Below the pieces are notes generated by a model that was given only the letters and a program-made list of their open reading frames with translations, ran no database searches and had not been told where the DNA came from. This document shows, in pieces, positions 50,801 through 63,700 of a DNA stretch of 64,000 nucleotides. Source of the stretch: Lingula anatina (lineage: Eukaryota; Animalia; Brachiopoda); the NCBI GenBank assembly GCA_051362555.1, contig CM120647.1, positions 7,688,001-7,752,000 on the forward strand, written 5' to 3'. A program made the position numbers and the translations under genes. How positions within the stretch are numbered: position 1 is the first letter of the stretch; the number at the start of each line of letters is the position of its first letter.

Positions 50801-51550
50801 ACCTTTTCCCAGCAAAAGGGGCGGTTCTTTCGAACCCCCCCAACCCCCCTGGCTACAGGCCTGTATACTGTCACTACAGATTTTATGATTTTTGGTACTA
50901 GTGCAGCATCATCCCCCCCAACTCAAACCCTAAAACTCACTCATTTGTAACGTCTATCCAAATTAAGTTTTTCATTGTGTGGTTACTTTAATCGGTGTAT
51001 CTGCTCATTAAATAAATTAGTTTGGAAATATTCTAATTTTTAATATATTTTTATTAATCCTTTTATTAGGTTCTTTGCATGACCAATGAGATTACTAGTA
51101 CAACATATTTTCACACCAGCCATGGCTACTCAATACTAACAATGTAGATATCATTAAACACTGCTAAATTAGCATATTAATTGCCGAACTACTGGTACAT
51201 GTACTAATAAATTATAATTTAACAGAGGAGGCAACTCAAAAATTAATTCTGAAAAGATAATGAAAATCAAACAGATATATTGTGGGGAAAATCCTTAAAT
51301 TTTTTATTCATAACACATAACACAGTTACAAGCCCAACACTTTACTCGGTACATATGCACAATACATTCAACTACAAGTACATGCATGTACCCCTGTAAT
51401 GGTATTAGCAGTGCATGTGCATGTTGTTCAGCCGGTAGTGTGTTGCCTGCAAATTTTTACGTTCCCTACACGTGTATATTCCGGTGGGTTAAAATTTACC
51501 TGAGTCGTCCGCCCTACTGTGAATGCTTGCATTACACCACTTCTCAGCAT
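41806..51550 (-). CDS. UQCC1: Ubiquinol-cytochrome c reductase complex assembly factor 1 (CBP3 family), 9 exons: 51550-51500, 50356-50210, 49528-49403, 48926-48863, 47903-47846, 45114-44994, 44064-43978, 43616-43503, 41949-41806
   Basis: F-LEDSF-TW..T-LHMWLL-VR, EDVE-RL..LG, DEGM-SDDK-LAGAIWR..F, LA-MVEYVRKQ-..LD are CBP3/UQCC1 motifs. N-terminus MLRSGVMQAF... is basic and acid-free like a mitochondrial presequence. Phases consistent. Confidence 0.88.
45157..47195. repeat. TGTCATG/CACAACTGACACAATGGTCACA minisatellite, split by a TIR element
   Basis: Degenerate ~30-bp units at 45157-45282 and 46595-47195. Confidence 0.8.
45283..46594. mobile_element. 1.3-kb non-autonomous TIR DNA transposon in a UQCC1 intron
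   Basis: TIR CAATGTTTCCCCTG / CAGGGGAAACACTG (13 of 14), TAATG on both flanks, subterminal CGCCTCG repeats; no transposase ORF. Confidence 0.75.
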
Positions 51551-52006
51551 ATTTCACGACAAACCCCACTAACAATTGGAAACTTTTACAGACTTCGTTC
51601 TTTTCTCTCACAGTTTGAGTTACACAAGAGAAAGCTTCACACGTTATGTCACTTTGCTTAGGACGAAAAAAAAACACAGGTTTCCATTCTTCCTCATTTC
51701 GTATTTACATTTGCCATATTCCTAGAATTCTTTCTTTGTTAACCAATAATAATTCTCAAAACATGTAAAACTTTCGTTTGAGATAGAAATTAACTCAAAA
51801 TTTAGATTGAATTATTTTTGTTGTAAGCGAATTTTGTTGCATTGTGGGTAGTATCCAATATGTCTGCGCCCATGAAAGATCGTCCGCTTAAATCGCGTTA
51901 TCGGTTACAGGGTCGTGCGGGTCAATCTTCATGTCGTGCTGATCATTAAACTCGGGTCAATGTACCAAAGGTTACTGAACAAAATACACGGGGCGGTGAG
52001 GATTAC
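51551..52006. promoter_or_regulatory. Putative bidirectional promoter / 5' UTRs between UQCC1 (-) and LDAH (+)
   Basis: Head-to-head predicted start codons at 51550 (-) and 52007 (+); locally raised CpG at ~51860-52000 and GGGGCGG at ~51990. Confidence 0.5.
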
Positions 52007-54799
52007 ATGTTCAACCGTCTGAAGGTAAATTTCATCAAAAAAATCAATTTAAATCATTGCACCATCGTGCTGAGTAACTTGTTGAATTCACAAGTGATGT
52101 GTCCTGTCAAAATTCAGGTTTTACTAGGTACAGTGCACGAGTATGTACTTTGACAAAATAGGCAATGGTATTCTTACGTCTCATATGCGAATTCTACTCA
52201 TAACTGCCATACAGAATGCAACATTGTTCCAAATCAATTGGCGATCTAAAATAATTATTTGTATATTGATGCCCAAACTCATATTTGACAGGTACAAGTA
52301 CACCGTTTATGATGACTTAAAATCAAGGTATCAGTTGTGTGCACATAAAAAAATAACGAGTATTGATTTTTTTTTTTTTTTTCAGTGTGGGACAAAGGTT
52401 AAACAAAGGACACAAATTGACATTAATTTTTACAGAATATGTATACTTGGTGAAAAATAGTTTAGTTTTTACATGCTATAAGATTGAGTCATTTTTGACT
52501 GACTTTTATGTTACAGGTAAGAGTAGGTGCATGCATCAACCTGTGCCATAGATCCAAAATGGAGAAAGTACAGCACCGTTCATATATGCAGTCACAGTTT
52601 TTAACTCTCCATGGTGTTCCCACACATGTGCTGAAGTGTGGAGATGTCAAGAAAGGAAATCCGTCTGGAAACAAGCCTTTTTTGGCTGTGATAATACCTG
52701 GTGTGTAGACTGGATCCTTTATCCGTATCGTATCGTATCGTATCGTATCATATTGTATAGTATGGTATCGTATCCTCATTATCTTATACCAGTTCTGTAG
52801 ATGACACCACTATACTGCAGCCCCAACTGTAGGTGTCTCTAAAATAAGTAAGTTAACTTACTAACTTAGATAATTCACAAAAAAAAAAACTTTTAAAACA
52901 TACATATATATATATATATATTTATTTATATCGTTTTTGAAATATATCTTGTTCAATGAGTTTTAAGAATTAGACTCCAACATTTTTCACAATTGTGCTA
53001 TGGTCATAAAGAGAAAGGTTTATGCTAAGTAGTAACATTTTATTATTAGTTCTAATACAACACAGTTTCTGCAAGATTACTGTCTTTTTTTCCACCAAGA
53101 GTTGGAATTTTAAGTCAATGTTTAAATTGATTATGAAGACATCAGTGAGGGTTTATTGCATACTGTGTAAAGGCCTTGTACCTCAATGCTTTTAGTTTAT
53201 ACCATTATGCTGATTGTATTGAATTCATTTTGACAATCAGTTTCTAGGTTGGTAAAAATCTATGCCTCAATACCATTGTGCTGGGTGTGCTGGTTTTTCT
53301 TCTCTAACACAATCAGTTTCCGACGGGTTAAAATTTAGCACCAGTGCTCAGTACTATTGTGCTCTGGTCTTCTCTAACACAATTGATTCCAGGCAGGTTG
53401 AAATCTGTGCCATCAATGATATTAAATGCCATTGTGCTAGATGTGCTCATTGTCTTCTCTAACACAATCCATTCCAGGCAACCCAGGAATTGCAGGCTAC
53501 TATGAGGAGTTTATGGACAAACTTTACACCCTGAGTAACAAGAGACTGCCTGTGTGGGCTGTGTCACATGCAGGGCACGTAAAGATTCCTAAAGAATTGG
53601 AGATTCAGGGTAATCATGCTCGTGTTTTCTATAAATTTGCAAAAAAAAAAGAAAAAGAAAAAAATGGTATTGAAGTTACTACTTTCTCAAATTCCGTTGG
53701 TTCAAGTTTCAAGATTTTTCCCAAATACAGGTTTTTCAGTCTTCAGTTGGATCTTTTTTATATATTGATCTTTTTTTATTTATGGACTTACTGTATTGAG
53801 AAAATTCAAGCTATGTTTTCCAGATTTTCAGTTTTAAAAACCTTCACCCATGAAATTCTATTGAGATGTATGATTACATCTGTTCATATAAAATGTTGTT
53901 ATGGATACACTCTTTACAAAGGACATGTTTATTGATGTACAGAATCTGATTTGGTTTTTATTTTCAATTTTCCCATCATATCTTTTAAAATAATTGCAAG
54001 AATTTTATTTATATCACCCAATTTTAAGTTATAAGATTAAAATGTTTATCATATTTATTTTTCTCAATTATTGAATATTTATTATTTGTAAAATATGATG
54101 TTCTTTTTGATTTCAGCCTCCAGTCATGATCCTTTCAACCTTGAGGGTCAAATTCAACACAAGATGGACTTTCTCAGGAACCACGTACCCAAAGATGTAA
54201 ACATAATTTTGATTGGTCATTCCATAGGCTGTTACATCATTCTCCAACTCATGAACAGACTGCCCGATTTAAACATACACCGCGCCATCATGCTATTCCC
54301 AACAATAGAGCGAATGGCTCTGTCACCTCAGGGACGTATTGCAACACCATTCCTACGCTATTTTCGCTGGATTGCTCGTGGGGCTGCTTATTTCCTGTCC
54401 TTCCTTCCCCAAAACCTTCAGCGAAAGCTAATAACTTGGCACCTAGCAGATGACAACCTTCCAGAATGTGCAATCGAATCTAGTTTGAATTTAGTGGACC
54501 ATTTTTGTCTTGGGAACGTAATGTACATGGCCAACACCGAAATGAACGAGGTCACTGACCTACATGTGGACATCATCCGTGCTCACCTGAAGAAACTCAC
54601 CTTCTATATGGGATTGACGGATGCATGGTGCCCTGTGGAGTACTATGAGGGAATGAAAGAGAGGTTTCCAGACGGAGACATTAAATTGTGCCAAGTTGGC
54701 TATGAGCATGCCTTTGTTCTCACAGCTAGTGAGCCAGTCGCTCAGTTAACATGGAGTTGGTTGGAAAAAGATGTTTCAGAGAAAATAGATGCAGATTAA
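52007..54799 (+). CDS. LDAH: Lipid droplet-associated hydrolase (C2orf43 family alpha/beta hydrolase); exons 52007-52024, 52517-52700, 53478-53609, 54117-54799 (alternative start ATG 52559)
   Basis: IIPG|NPGI..YY.EF, W.VSHAGH, LEGQI.HK..F, LIGHSIG.Y (GxSxG nucleophile), LFPTIERMA.SP.G, D.WCP..YY, HAFV. Confidence 0.92.
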
Positions 54800-55257
54800 C
54801 AGAGCTATTCTTTAATACCATTGTGGTGGATGTGTTCATTGTCTTCTCTGACACAATCCAGTCCAGGCATCCTGGGGCTATTATGAGGATTTTTTAACAC
54901 ATTGATGCAGATTTACAGAGATTTCTACATAGACTAAAGGAGTATTTTGCAATATGATGACTTAGCTACCCAGTAACGCATCAAATTCTGTAACAGCAGA
55001 ATTAAAATAAATTTATTTTCAGTGTTCATATTAACAGTGCACTCAAATAGCATGAATTCATCATTTACAGAAAAAGAAATATGTTCTTTAAAATTCATTT
55101 TTTTTCTTTTTTTGGGAATTTAAGCCAAATGATTTTCTTCAAGAAAAACATTTGCTTCCAAGGTATTCATTTATACTGGAGATACCAGTACAGTACATTG
55201 TACTTCTCTGCCAATGAACTACTAAAATGTGTTTGTCAGTATCTTAAAGATTTCCAG

Positions 55258-55545
55258 CCCTTAGCAAAATGAAAAGTTTGCCAAACTATTGCAGCAAATA
55301 TGGTGCAAACTAAAGCGGTTTTCAAGAAAAATTGGCATTGCTGCTAATTTGCAGCAAGTTTGCAAGAAAAAAGAATATATTGAGTTTGCAGCAGGCTTGC
55401 AAGAAAGTATGTATGTTCTAGCAAACCTGCGGCAAATTAGCAGCTAATTTGCCAGAACATCCAAGTTTGCAGTAACTTTGCAAGATATTTGCAAATTTGC
55501 AGCATATTTGAGAGAGTTTGCGGCAGGGCTGACATTTTGCTAAGA
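55258..55545. mobile_element. MITE with internal TTTGCAGCAA repeats
   Basis: TIR CTTAGCAAAATG / CATTTTGCTAAG. Confidence 0.7.
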
Positions 55546-56460
55546 GATTACAGACTATCGATAAACTATACATCTTGATTTAAGAAGGGTCTTAGCGAGC
55601 AAAGGTAACTCTGATGTCATAATCTGAGTGATAATACTAAAGGTACTTAAGTCACCTCTCTCTCAAAATTCACAATTATATACGTGAATAAATGAAATCT
55701 AAAAGTTTGGACTTAATTACTGGTGAAGACTACAGTGCTCAAAGATAGGATCTTTCTGTTTTCATATATACCATATTTCATATATGTCAAAGTAAAGAGC
55801 ACTGTGCACTTAAATACATCTATTTACATCATAATTTCTCGATCTAGGAATCATTTTTTTTTTTACTTTATCATAATTCATACGTAATGGTGGGATAACG
55901 TTTAAAATGTTGTACGAACATATATGATGGGAAACTAATTGGCTCAACCTTTCCAATAAAAGCTAAACATTTCAAGTCTGCAAAACAAAACAGTTAAGGA
56001 ACCTGTTTCACAAATGAATAAAAATCTAATCTACTTATACATTCATTGAAGACTTATTTGCGCTAAATTCATAACAAGCAAATCTTTTAAACCAGTATTA
56101 TCATTTAATTTATTTCTATTATTATTATTATTATTATTAATTTATTTATTATTATTTTTTTTATTATTTATTTCTTTCTTTATTATTAGTATTATTATTA
56201 TTATTATTATTATTTTTTTTTTTTTTGAAAACTGCAGAAGTATTAAGAATTCAAGCAGACCAAACCTAAAGCAAGACTTTCAGGACTACACGTGCACTTT
56301 GCATTGCATGGGAATTTGTTCCGTATTAAAAATATTCATATAATATCGTATTGTCATTTCTGCAAACGGTTACTCATCAAATCATTGTCACGTGACCTAA
56401 CACTCTGACCAGGACCACAATCACGTGGTATCCAAGCTGGCATTGAAACACAGCGCCACC

Positions 56461-57994
56461 TTAAGGAACAGCCATTTCCATTTTAACACAGTCGTTGACG
56501 TCTTTACACTGGTAATACGTCACGTTTTCACCACTTGGGCGGATCTCCCAGAAATTAAACGCGTCGCTTACCGATCTGGTGTGGTTCACCGTTGACATAT
56601 TGACGCACAGCGACCTCTCAAGTTGCAAGTTGGGGTCATGAAACGCGCGGTTTGTACCACAGAACATGCGTTTCTCGCTGTCGTCTTCCTCGGGTCTTGG
56701 GATCCACGAGCTGACGTTCTGGTCTTCGGGTATTCGTTGAAAGTACACATCCAACTCTTGTTTGTACGGGTAAACATTACAGCCGCCCGTGCTGTTCTTC
56801 AATACACAAACGTGGTTGTAGAATATCGCGGACTCTTGGGGATGATATTGAAGAAAAAAGGCAACGTTGCAATTTTCTATGCCAGAAGCGTTATTCCAGT
56901 TATAATTCGCTGACAGAGGTGAATCTGAGATGAAATTGGTTTGGTTGTCGAATATGGGACAAGGCATTGGGATTGAAAGGTTGCCCTGCGCAAGAACGCC
57001 GAGAGAAATTTTATTGAAATTGAAGACCATCGGGGCCTGAAAGGTGGTGGTGGCGTTTCCGTTGTAATGAAAAAAATGACAAGGGAATCTAATCATCCGA
57101 CCTGCATCTCCGTCATAAAAGACGGGGGCGGCAAAAGCTAGCAAAAACAAACGAGAGAGCCTCGGTACTTCTCGACTAGTTCCGTTTATTTCCGGCACAC
57201 TGCTCTGCAGGCGGGCGAACATTGTGACGTCCGTTGAGTTTTCATTGGCGGCCAATTTGGCAAGGCCTTGCAGAGCCGGGGGAGCGTTTTTTATTCGAAT
57301 TTTTCCTATCTCTATGCCAAAAGATTCAAACAGGTCCACCACGTCTTGTGTGTGCAACATGGCGGCAATAAAAAGGATATCGAAGACGATGGAAGCAAGA
57401 GCTGGCAAACAAGTAAGAATGTCTATGACAAATCTGCACTTGTTCCGATTTTTGTCGTCTTCCGCGCAACATTTGCAACACCCATTTATAGCCTTGAAAA
57501 TGTTAATGACCACAATGACAGAGGAGAGGGCCAGACCAACGGCCCGTGCCACAAATGTAAACTTTCCCGTAAGTTTTTGAGTGAACGCACAATATTCTGT
57601 ATTCGCTATACTCCATGTCAAATACGCAAGGGGCAATTCTCCTAGCGCCTGCTTCAAAAGTAGAACAAAGTCAAGAGCGACTTCTATCTTCTTCTCACGC
57701 GCTTCATCGGACTTGGAGACTTCGCCCCGCCTTATATGTATCGCCGTGGTTGTAAGTTTGAAGATGCAGAACGGAATAACAAGAGAGACCGTTAATGTCA
57801 CGTCAATACAGCAAACTAAGTACCAGGTGTGCAAGGCACTGTTTTCCTCTTTTCCGTCTATATATGAGACATCAATTCTTAATACCTCTGTATACGATAT
57901 CCAGTCCATGACGGCGTCAACGATTGCACATCCCATGAGGACGAGCGTTTGTATGAAAATAACATATGGTTTACATTTCTTGATGTTGTCACAC
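56461..57994 (-). CDS. Uncharacterised multi-pass membrane protein with a large Cys-rich, N-glycosylation-site-rich C-terminal domain (single large coding exon; 5' exon not located)
   Basis: 491-aa ORF with higher GC than flanks; frame stays open upstream to acceptor ccattccag at 57995; about 5 hydrophobic segments in the first ~200 aa; many N-x-S/T sites (NST, NGT, NAT, NLS, NQT, NAS, NVS, NMS, NHT, NVT). Confidence 0.75.
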
Positions 57995-59123
57995 CTGGAA
58001 TGGATGTAATGGATGAATATTCAAAGAGAAATTAAAGTTGTTTACAAGGTTTGTACTTTTGCTTTAGAAAGTCAGATACATTCTGTTGCTAATAGCAGCT
58101 GCTTCTGAAATGACATGGGAAGAAAAAATATTGTATATATAGCATAACAAATAAATATAATACGACGAACTTTACCGATTGTTAAAGAATACCCAGTTTT
58201 TTAAATTATTTTTTGACGCTGATTGTTAAAGAATATAGAGTTTTTAATTTTATTATGACGTCACCATAGTCAAATTTCATTTTGGTTGTATACATCCTTC
58301 TGCCGTGATAGATCCGCTAACAGACGAAGCGATTGTAAATTTAGCAATCACTATCGTTTAAATTTTCTGCATGTTAGCAAAAGCTTCAAGGGATAACAAC
58401 TGTTCGCATGAGATTTATATTTCACAACAACGTACATACTGTAGTAAGCAACTCTTAGAAATGTAATATATCCCGTTTTACCACAAAAACGGCAGTTACG
58501 TCAATTATTCTGAAATATGTGCCTGTCATCGGACCACGTGGCCTCTATAGATGGTTATACACTGTAAAAATCTGTTAAGAGATTATAACAAAAAAACAGG
58601 GACTTAATTTTAATGTAGAAATGGATTTATTGACGATTGGCAAGTATGGGAAAATTGTCGTTTAACCCAGAAAATTCATTTTAGGCCAAATCCTTTTAAA
58701 ATCGGCAAATTGTTGAGTTTTGCTCCCACCCCATCCAACACCGATAAGATTCATCTCGGTGTAACATAAGAGAGAGTCTACCATGATAGAGGGTCCACCT
58801 CACATTCATTTTTAAAGGTAAATCTCGCCCTAGGTTTTGACTACCCTCTACCAGGGCGAGTGATAGATTTTTTACAGATATTCACATATGTCTCTAGCTA
58901 GATAGATGGTCATTTAGGGCTCAACAAACCCTGTTGAGAAATCTGAAGGCTGATTACATGGCTGATAATCAAAGGTAAATCTCGCCCTAGGTTTTGACCC
59001 ACTTTGGTCAGGCTATAACCCTAACCATTATAACTATATCAGGCCTACCCAACTACCAGACTGAATTAACCGGTATATCGGACCACACTACCCGTTTTCA
59101 AGGTGTGTGTCAGATCGCATATC

Positions 59124-61318
59124 GGAGTATCATACTCCAGAACAATTTTTGTAGGACGACCGCTGTAGAGCCGCATTTTGCAACCGACCGCATTTTGCGA
59201 CCGGTTGCAAAATGCGTTCCGTTGCAAAATGCGGTCCTACTAAGTAGAGCCGCATTTTGCAACTGAACGCATTTTGCAACTGCAACGCATTTTGCAACCA
59301 AAGAAAATCGTGAAAACGCATTTTGCAACCGCAACGCATTTTGCAACCAGGATTTTTTTTAAGTCCCTGAAACAGCTTGAAGTACGAGACAGGTAGAATT
59401 GGAGTGCGGACGGGTTTGCCTGAAACTGGCCAGGCCGCCCCTGGGGTGGACGAAAATATAAAACTTATTGCACATTGTAATTTCCTAAACTATTAGAGTT
59501 AGGAACTTTAAACGTTAATATACATTTTGTTAGGAATATGCATAGGATTTCGGATGTTTTGTTTTTTTTTTTTAATTTGGGGTGTGGCCGTCCCTAGGGG
59601 TGGTTGATTGTACTTTTTTACTTCGTATTTTTCCCCTATCTACCCTTATATCTTCAGAATTAGGAAATAAAAACGTTGGGGATTAATACACTATCGTAAG
59701 AAATGTGCACGGGAAATTTATTGTGACATGGGTGTGGTTGTCCCTGGGGGTGGTTGATTTTAATTTTACAACGTATTTTCTGCTATCTGTCCATTGTATC
59801 GGCCATTTGAGTTCAAGCATGAAAAGTAGCTACAGTATAATTTGGGATGTTGAATGGCATTTAATTTTTTTTTTACTTAGGGTGTGGTCCTGGGGGTGGT
59901 TGAATATAATTAGACGTTGTAATTTCTGCTATCTACCTTTAGACCATATAAGTTAGGAACGGAAGGCTATGGGAATTGAAAACATGTCTTTAGGGATATG
60001 GGTCCCTCTGGGGTATTGATGGGTGTGGCCGTCCCTGGGGGTGGTTGATTCTGTTATTTGCACCGTTACTTCTACTATCTACCCTGAGAGTTAGAAACAT
60101 GAAATGTTGGGGATTGATAATGAATGTACCTGGGTCTTTGAGGAATGTAGAGATCAGCAGCGGCGCACATAGCACATTAGTAAACGGACTTACAGTCGTA
60201 GGCATGAATATAGGTCAAGGAATCCAGTTAAAGCTGTCCTTCTGACCCATACCAACCATAAGGCCCTATACACTCAGGAATCCTGGCGTTCAACTAGCCG
60301 TTGTGTCTTAATACAAAACAAATATGTTAATTAATCATAGATAGTAATTAGCAAGTGTGTTGCTCTATAGAGGCTATGCCTGAAAGTATGGGGTCTTGCA
60401 TGGGTTTTTAATTAACTTGACCTATATTCAAGCATACCGCTGAATGTCTGTTATTAAGTGCCGTCTGCTGCGTTCTTTGCATTCCCCTTCCTTCTTAACT
60501 CGAAGACAACTTTTAGATTTACACATCCTACTAGCTGGGTCGGTCCAACTCTGCAGGGGATCTCACTTAAGTGCAATCAGTGGAATCAACTTAACTGTCT
60601 GACATACCACCAATCACCCCATCCCCTGAGGGACAGTCACACCGAAAGTCACACTAAAATTCCCCTGTACCCATGCACCAAAGACTCGTGCTCCTAACTC
60701 GAACGGTCGAGAAGGAGATGAAAGAAATTACAGTGAAAATATTACAGTCAAGTAACTATCCCCAGGGACGGCCACTCCCAAAGTGACCAAAAAATTCCGA
60801 TGTGCCCAAGCACATCTCTAACGATCTCAACCACCCCCAGGGACAACTACACCCCAAGTCACAAAAAATCTGGAGTGCCTACGCACATTTCTTACGATGG
60901 TATTAATCCCCAACGCTTTTATTTCCTAATTCTAAAGATATAAGGGTAGATAACAGAAAATACAATGTAAAATTTCAATCAACCACCCCTAGGGACAGCC
61001 ACACCCCTATGTGCATGCCTAACAATATCTTTTTTACTCACTGACGTTTCAACCTCCTAACTCTAATAGATTAGGAAATTACAATGTAAAATAAGTTTTA
61101 TATAATCGTCCACCCCAGGGGCAGTCTGGCCAGTTTTAGCATACATAGTCGAAGCAAACCCCTCCCCACTCCAATTCTACCCGTAGCCTACCTGTCTCCT
61201 ACTTCAAGCTGTTTAAGGGACTTAGAAAAAAATCTTGGTTGCAAAATGCGTTGCGGTTGCAAAATGCGGTCAGTTGCAAAATGCGGGCTCATCCTGTCGG
61301 TGTTCTGACTGATACTCC
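59124..61318. mobile_element. Foldback-like element with ~600-bp imperfect inverted arms
   Basis: GGAGTATCA / TGATACTCC ends; CGCATTTTGCAAC arrays on the left mirrored by GTTGCAAAATGCG on the right; 59340-59760 mirrors 60830-61240; internal GGGTGTGGCCGTCCCTGGGGGTGGTTGA repeats. Confidence 0.8.
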
Positions 61319-61607
61319 AAAAAGAACTCTCATTTAAGACGTCTGTCAAGAGAGCTACTGTAGTACATGAAGTGTGAGCCACTCTAAAATGATTACACTT
61401 GTCACTACTACATACTTTTAAACTACGAATGAATGCTATTGTTAACTGTTTACAGTACCTAGATTTTGATATCTAAGTTTTTTTAGCCGCTACCACATGT
61501 GGCACAACCAATAACTGATGACTGAACTCTACTTTACTTTTTTGGCTTATAGTAATAATAATAATAATAATAATATTTATTATATAATATAATAATAATA
61601 ATAATAA

Positions 61608-61653
<46 letters not shown>

Positions 61654-61827
61654 GTAGGTGTGTGTGTGTGTGTATTTGTGTAGTAGCAATTGAAAAGGGA
61701 TAAAAGAAGTGGTAATGTATACCCTTGTGGGATGGTTTTGATCAATTTTAGCCAATAATTAACTGCCTTCATTCATCAAATGACCTTTTTTTCAAGGTTT
61801 AACCTTTTTTTTACATTTAGTATCTTG

Positions 61828-63086
61828 TTGGAGATGGATCTAACAGTTCAAAACCTCCACCTCCAGACATTTCAGCTACCTTTCCTAGTACTGTTTTGAT
61901 AAAAAAAAAGGTTTAGTCAAAATCCTAGGCGGTTCCTTATCCAGAATCAACACATTCTGCATTAGTCTGTGGGAGAGACGCCCGTTCCCATTCGGCAAAG
62001 GATAATGAACGAGGTCAATTATTAAACTTGCAAAGTGAAACTAGGTCAAGTATGATTGAAGATCAAATCTTTGTACGTTTCTTTGTGCACGTGTGTTTTA
62101 ATCAAAAGTATATTTTACTACACCTTATTAAATATGTATAAAGAAGGGACAGTATTCAACTACAATTACAGTAAAACGGTCAAATGTGACAATTGATTGG
62201 ATTCTAGGCGTTTCCATTTTGAAAGACAAGTTCATGTCATGGCCGATAATTTTGCTCATAAGTACCTCATATCAGATGGAAATTGTATTGTTTATACCTT
62301 GTTGAGTGGATTTAATCACCTTGAGTCAATTATTAACTGCATTTTATTACCTTAATGACCCTAGTGAGTGTCTTCCAAGATTCCCTCTTGTTGCAATATT
62401 AAATTCATCTCTTTTTGCGCTTTAACATTTTTTGCAAATGCATTATACACTACTTCTACCAATATGTCTTGACTTGGTGCATGCCACTCATTTCTACACC
62501 ATGATTAAAAATAGGCACAAGCATCTTATAAAACAGTGTGAGACACACATGAACGACAATTTCACCAAATTTAAACATGTGATTTTTTAACATCAGCAGT
62601 GTTTTTATGGTTTGATCTACCAAATATTTTTACTGTTGTATCCAAGTGTCCTTTAGAGACCATTCCCACAGATATAGATCGATCTATTCCCCTGGGGGAG
62701 TCTCAGTTGTCCCATTAGATTGCTGTCAGCTTAATCGGCTTAAATGTCTGTCCCGCCTACTAAAAGCTGTAAGGGGGTAATTAACTTGTGCGCGCGCTCG
62801 GCTCCCAGAAGCTGACAGCAATTTAGCGGGAACCCCCAGGGAGTTAGGTCGATCCAGATATATCGAACTAGATCTGTGGGAAACCAGTCTTAGTGTCAGT
62901 GTTACTCCCAGATACGATATTTGTATTGATATTAAATAACAAATCTCTTACCTGCATGTGGATATTTGCATTATCTTAACCGCTGCCGAACACGATAGTT
63001 TTGTCTTTTTGTCTTATTTACACCCAAATGAACACCCAAATAAGGCAGAAAGATGAACAAACTTTTGTATAAGCTCATTTTTATCA

Positions 63087-63120
<34 letters not shown>

Positions 63121-63700
63121 TACTGCAAAATGATTATGTACATGTACCTTTGAGGAGGTGGATTTAACGGTTCAAATCTTGCAATTCCAGGCATTTCAGC
63201 TACTTTCCCTAGTCCTGTTTGGGAAACGAAATGTGATAGTCAGAGAAAAAACACAAAGGTCTAGCCAAAATCCTAGGTCGTTCTTAATCCAGGAGCGACA
63301 CACACTGTTCTAGTTTGTCAAAGAGACGCCTTTTGTTCCCATTCGACCGAAGATAAGGAACGAGTACGTCAAACTTTCAAAGTGAAACTAGGTCAAATAT
63401 AATTGACGATGAAACCTAGTAAATTTCTTTGTGCACGTGTGACATGATGAAAGTATATCTTTTACTACATCTTGTTATATATGTACAAAGAAAGGGCAGT
63501 ATCCAAATACAATTATAGTAAAACGGTCTGTTGTGGCAATTGATTGGATTCAACGTGTAGACGTCTCAATTTTGAAAGACAAGTTCATGTTAGGGCCGAT
63601 AATTTTGCTAATAAGTAAGCCCTATCTCATGTCAGAACGCAATCGTATTGTTTATACCTTTTTGGGGTGGCTTTAATCAACTTTAGTCAATTATTAAATG
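61828..63700 (+). repeat. Diverged direct duplication of a ~520-550-bp non-coding block (61828-62340 and 63152-63700)
   Basis: Colinear shared motifs CATTTCAGCTAC, CAAAATCCTAGG, CAAAGTGAAACTAGGTCAA, TTTCTTTGTGCACGTGTG, TTTTGAAAGACAAGTTCATGT, GGCCGATAATTTTGCT. Confidence 0.85.

Noticed and set aside
50941-50975. Alternative first coding exon for UQCC1 (MKNLIWIDVTN, donor gtgagt)
   Set aside because: Ends in phase 2, incompatible with the phase-0 exon at 50356; exon 51550-51500 fits and looks like a presequence.
17393-54799. ACOX1-UQCC1-LDAH as a functional lipid/organelle gene cluster
   Set aside because: Only adjacency is visible; different compartments and pathways, and no synteny or co-expression evidence available.
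56623-58009. Several plus-strand ORFs of 96-142 aa
   Set aside because: Antisense shadows of the 491-aa minus-strand ORF with no independent motifs.
58994-59346. ORFs with LQNA / AKCV repeats
   Set aside because: Translations of the CGCATTTTGCAAC array of the foldback element.
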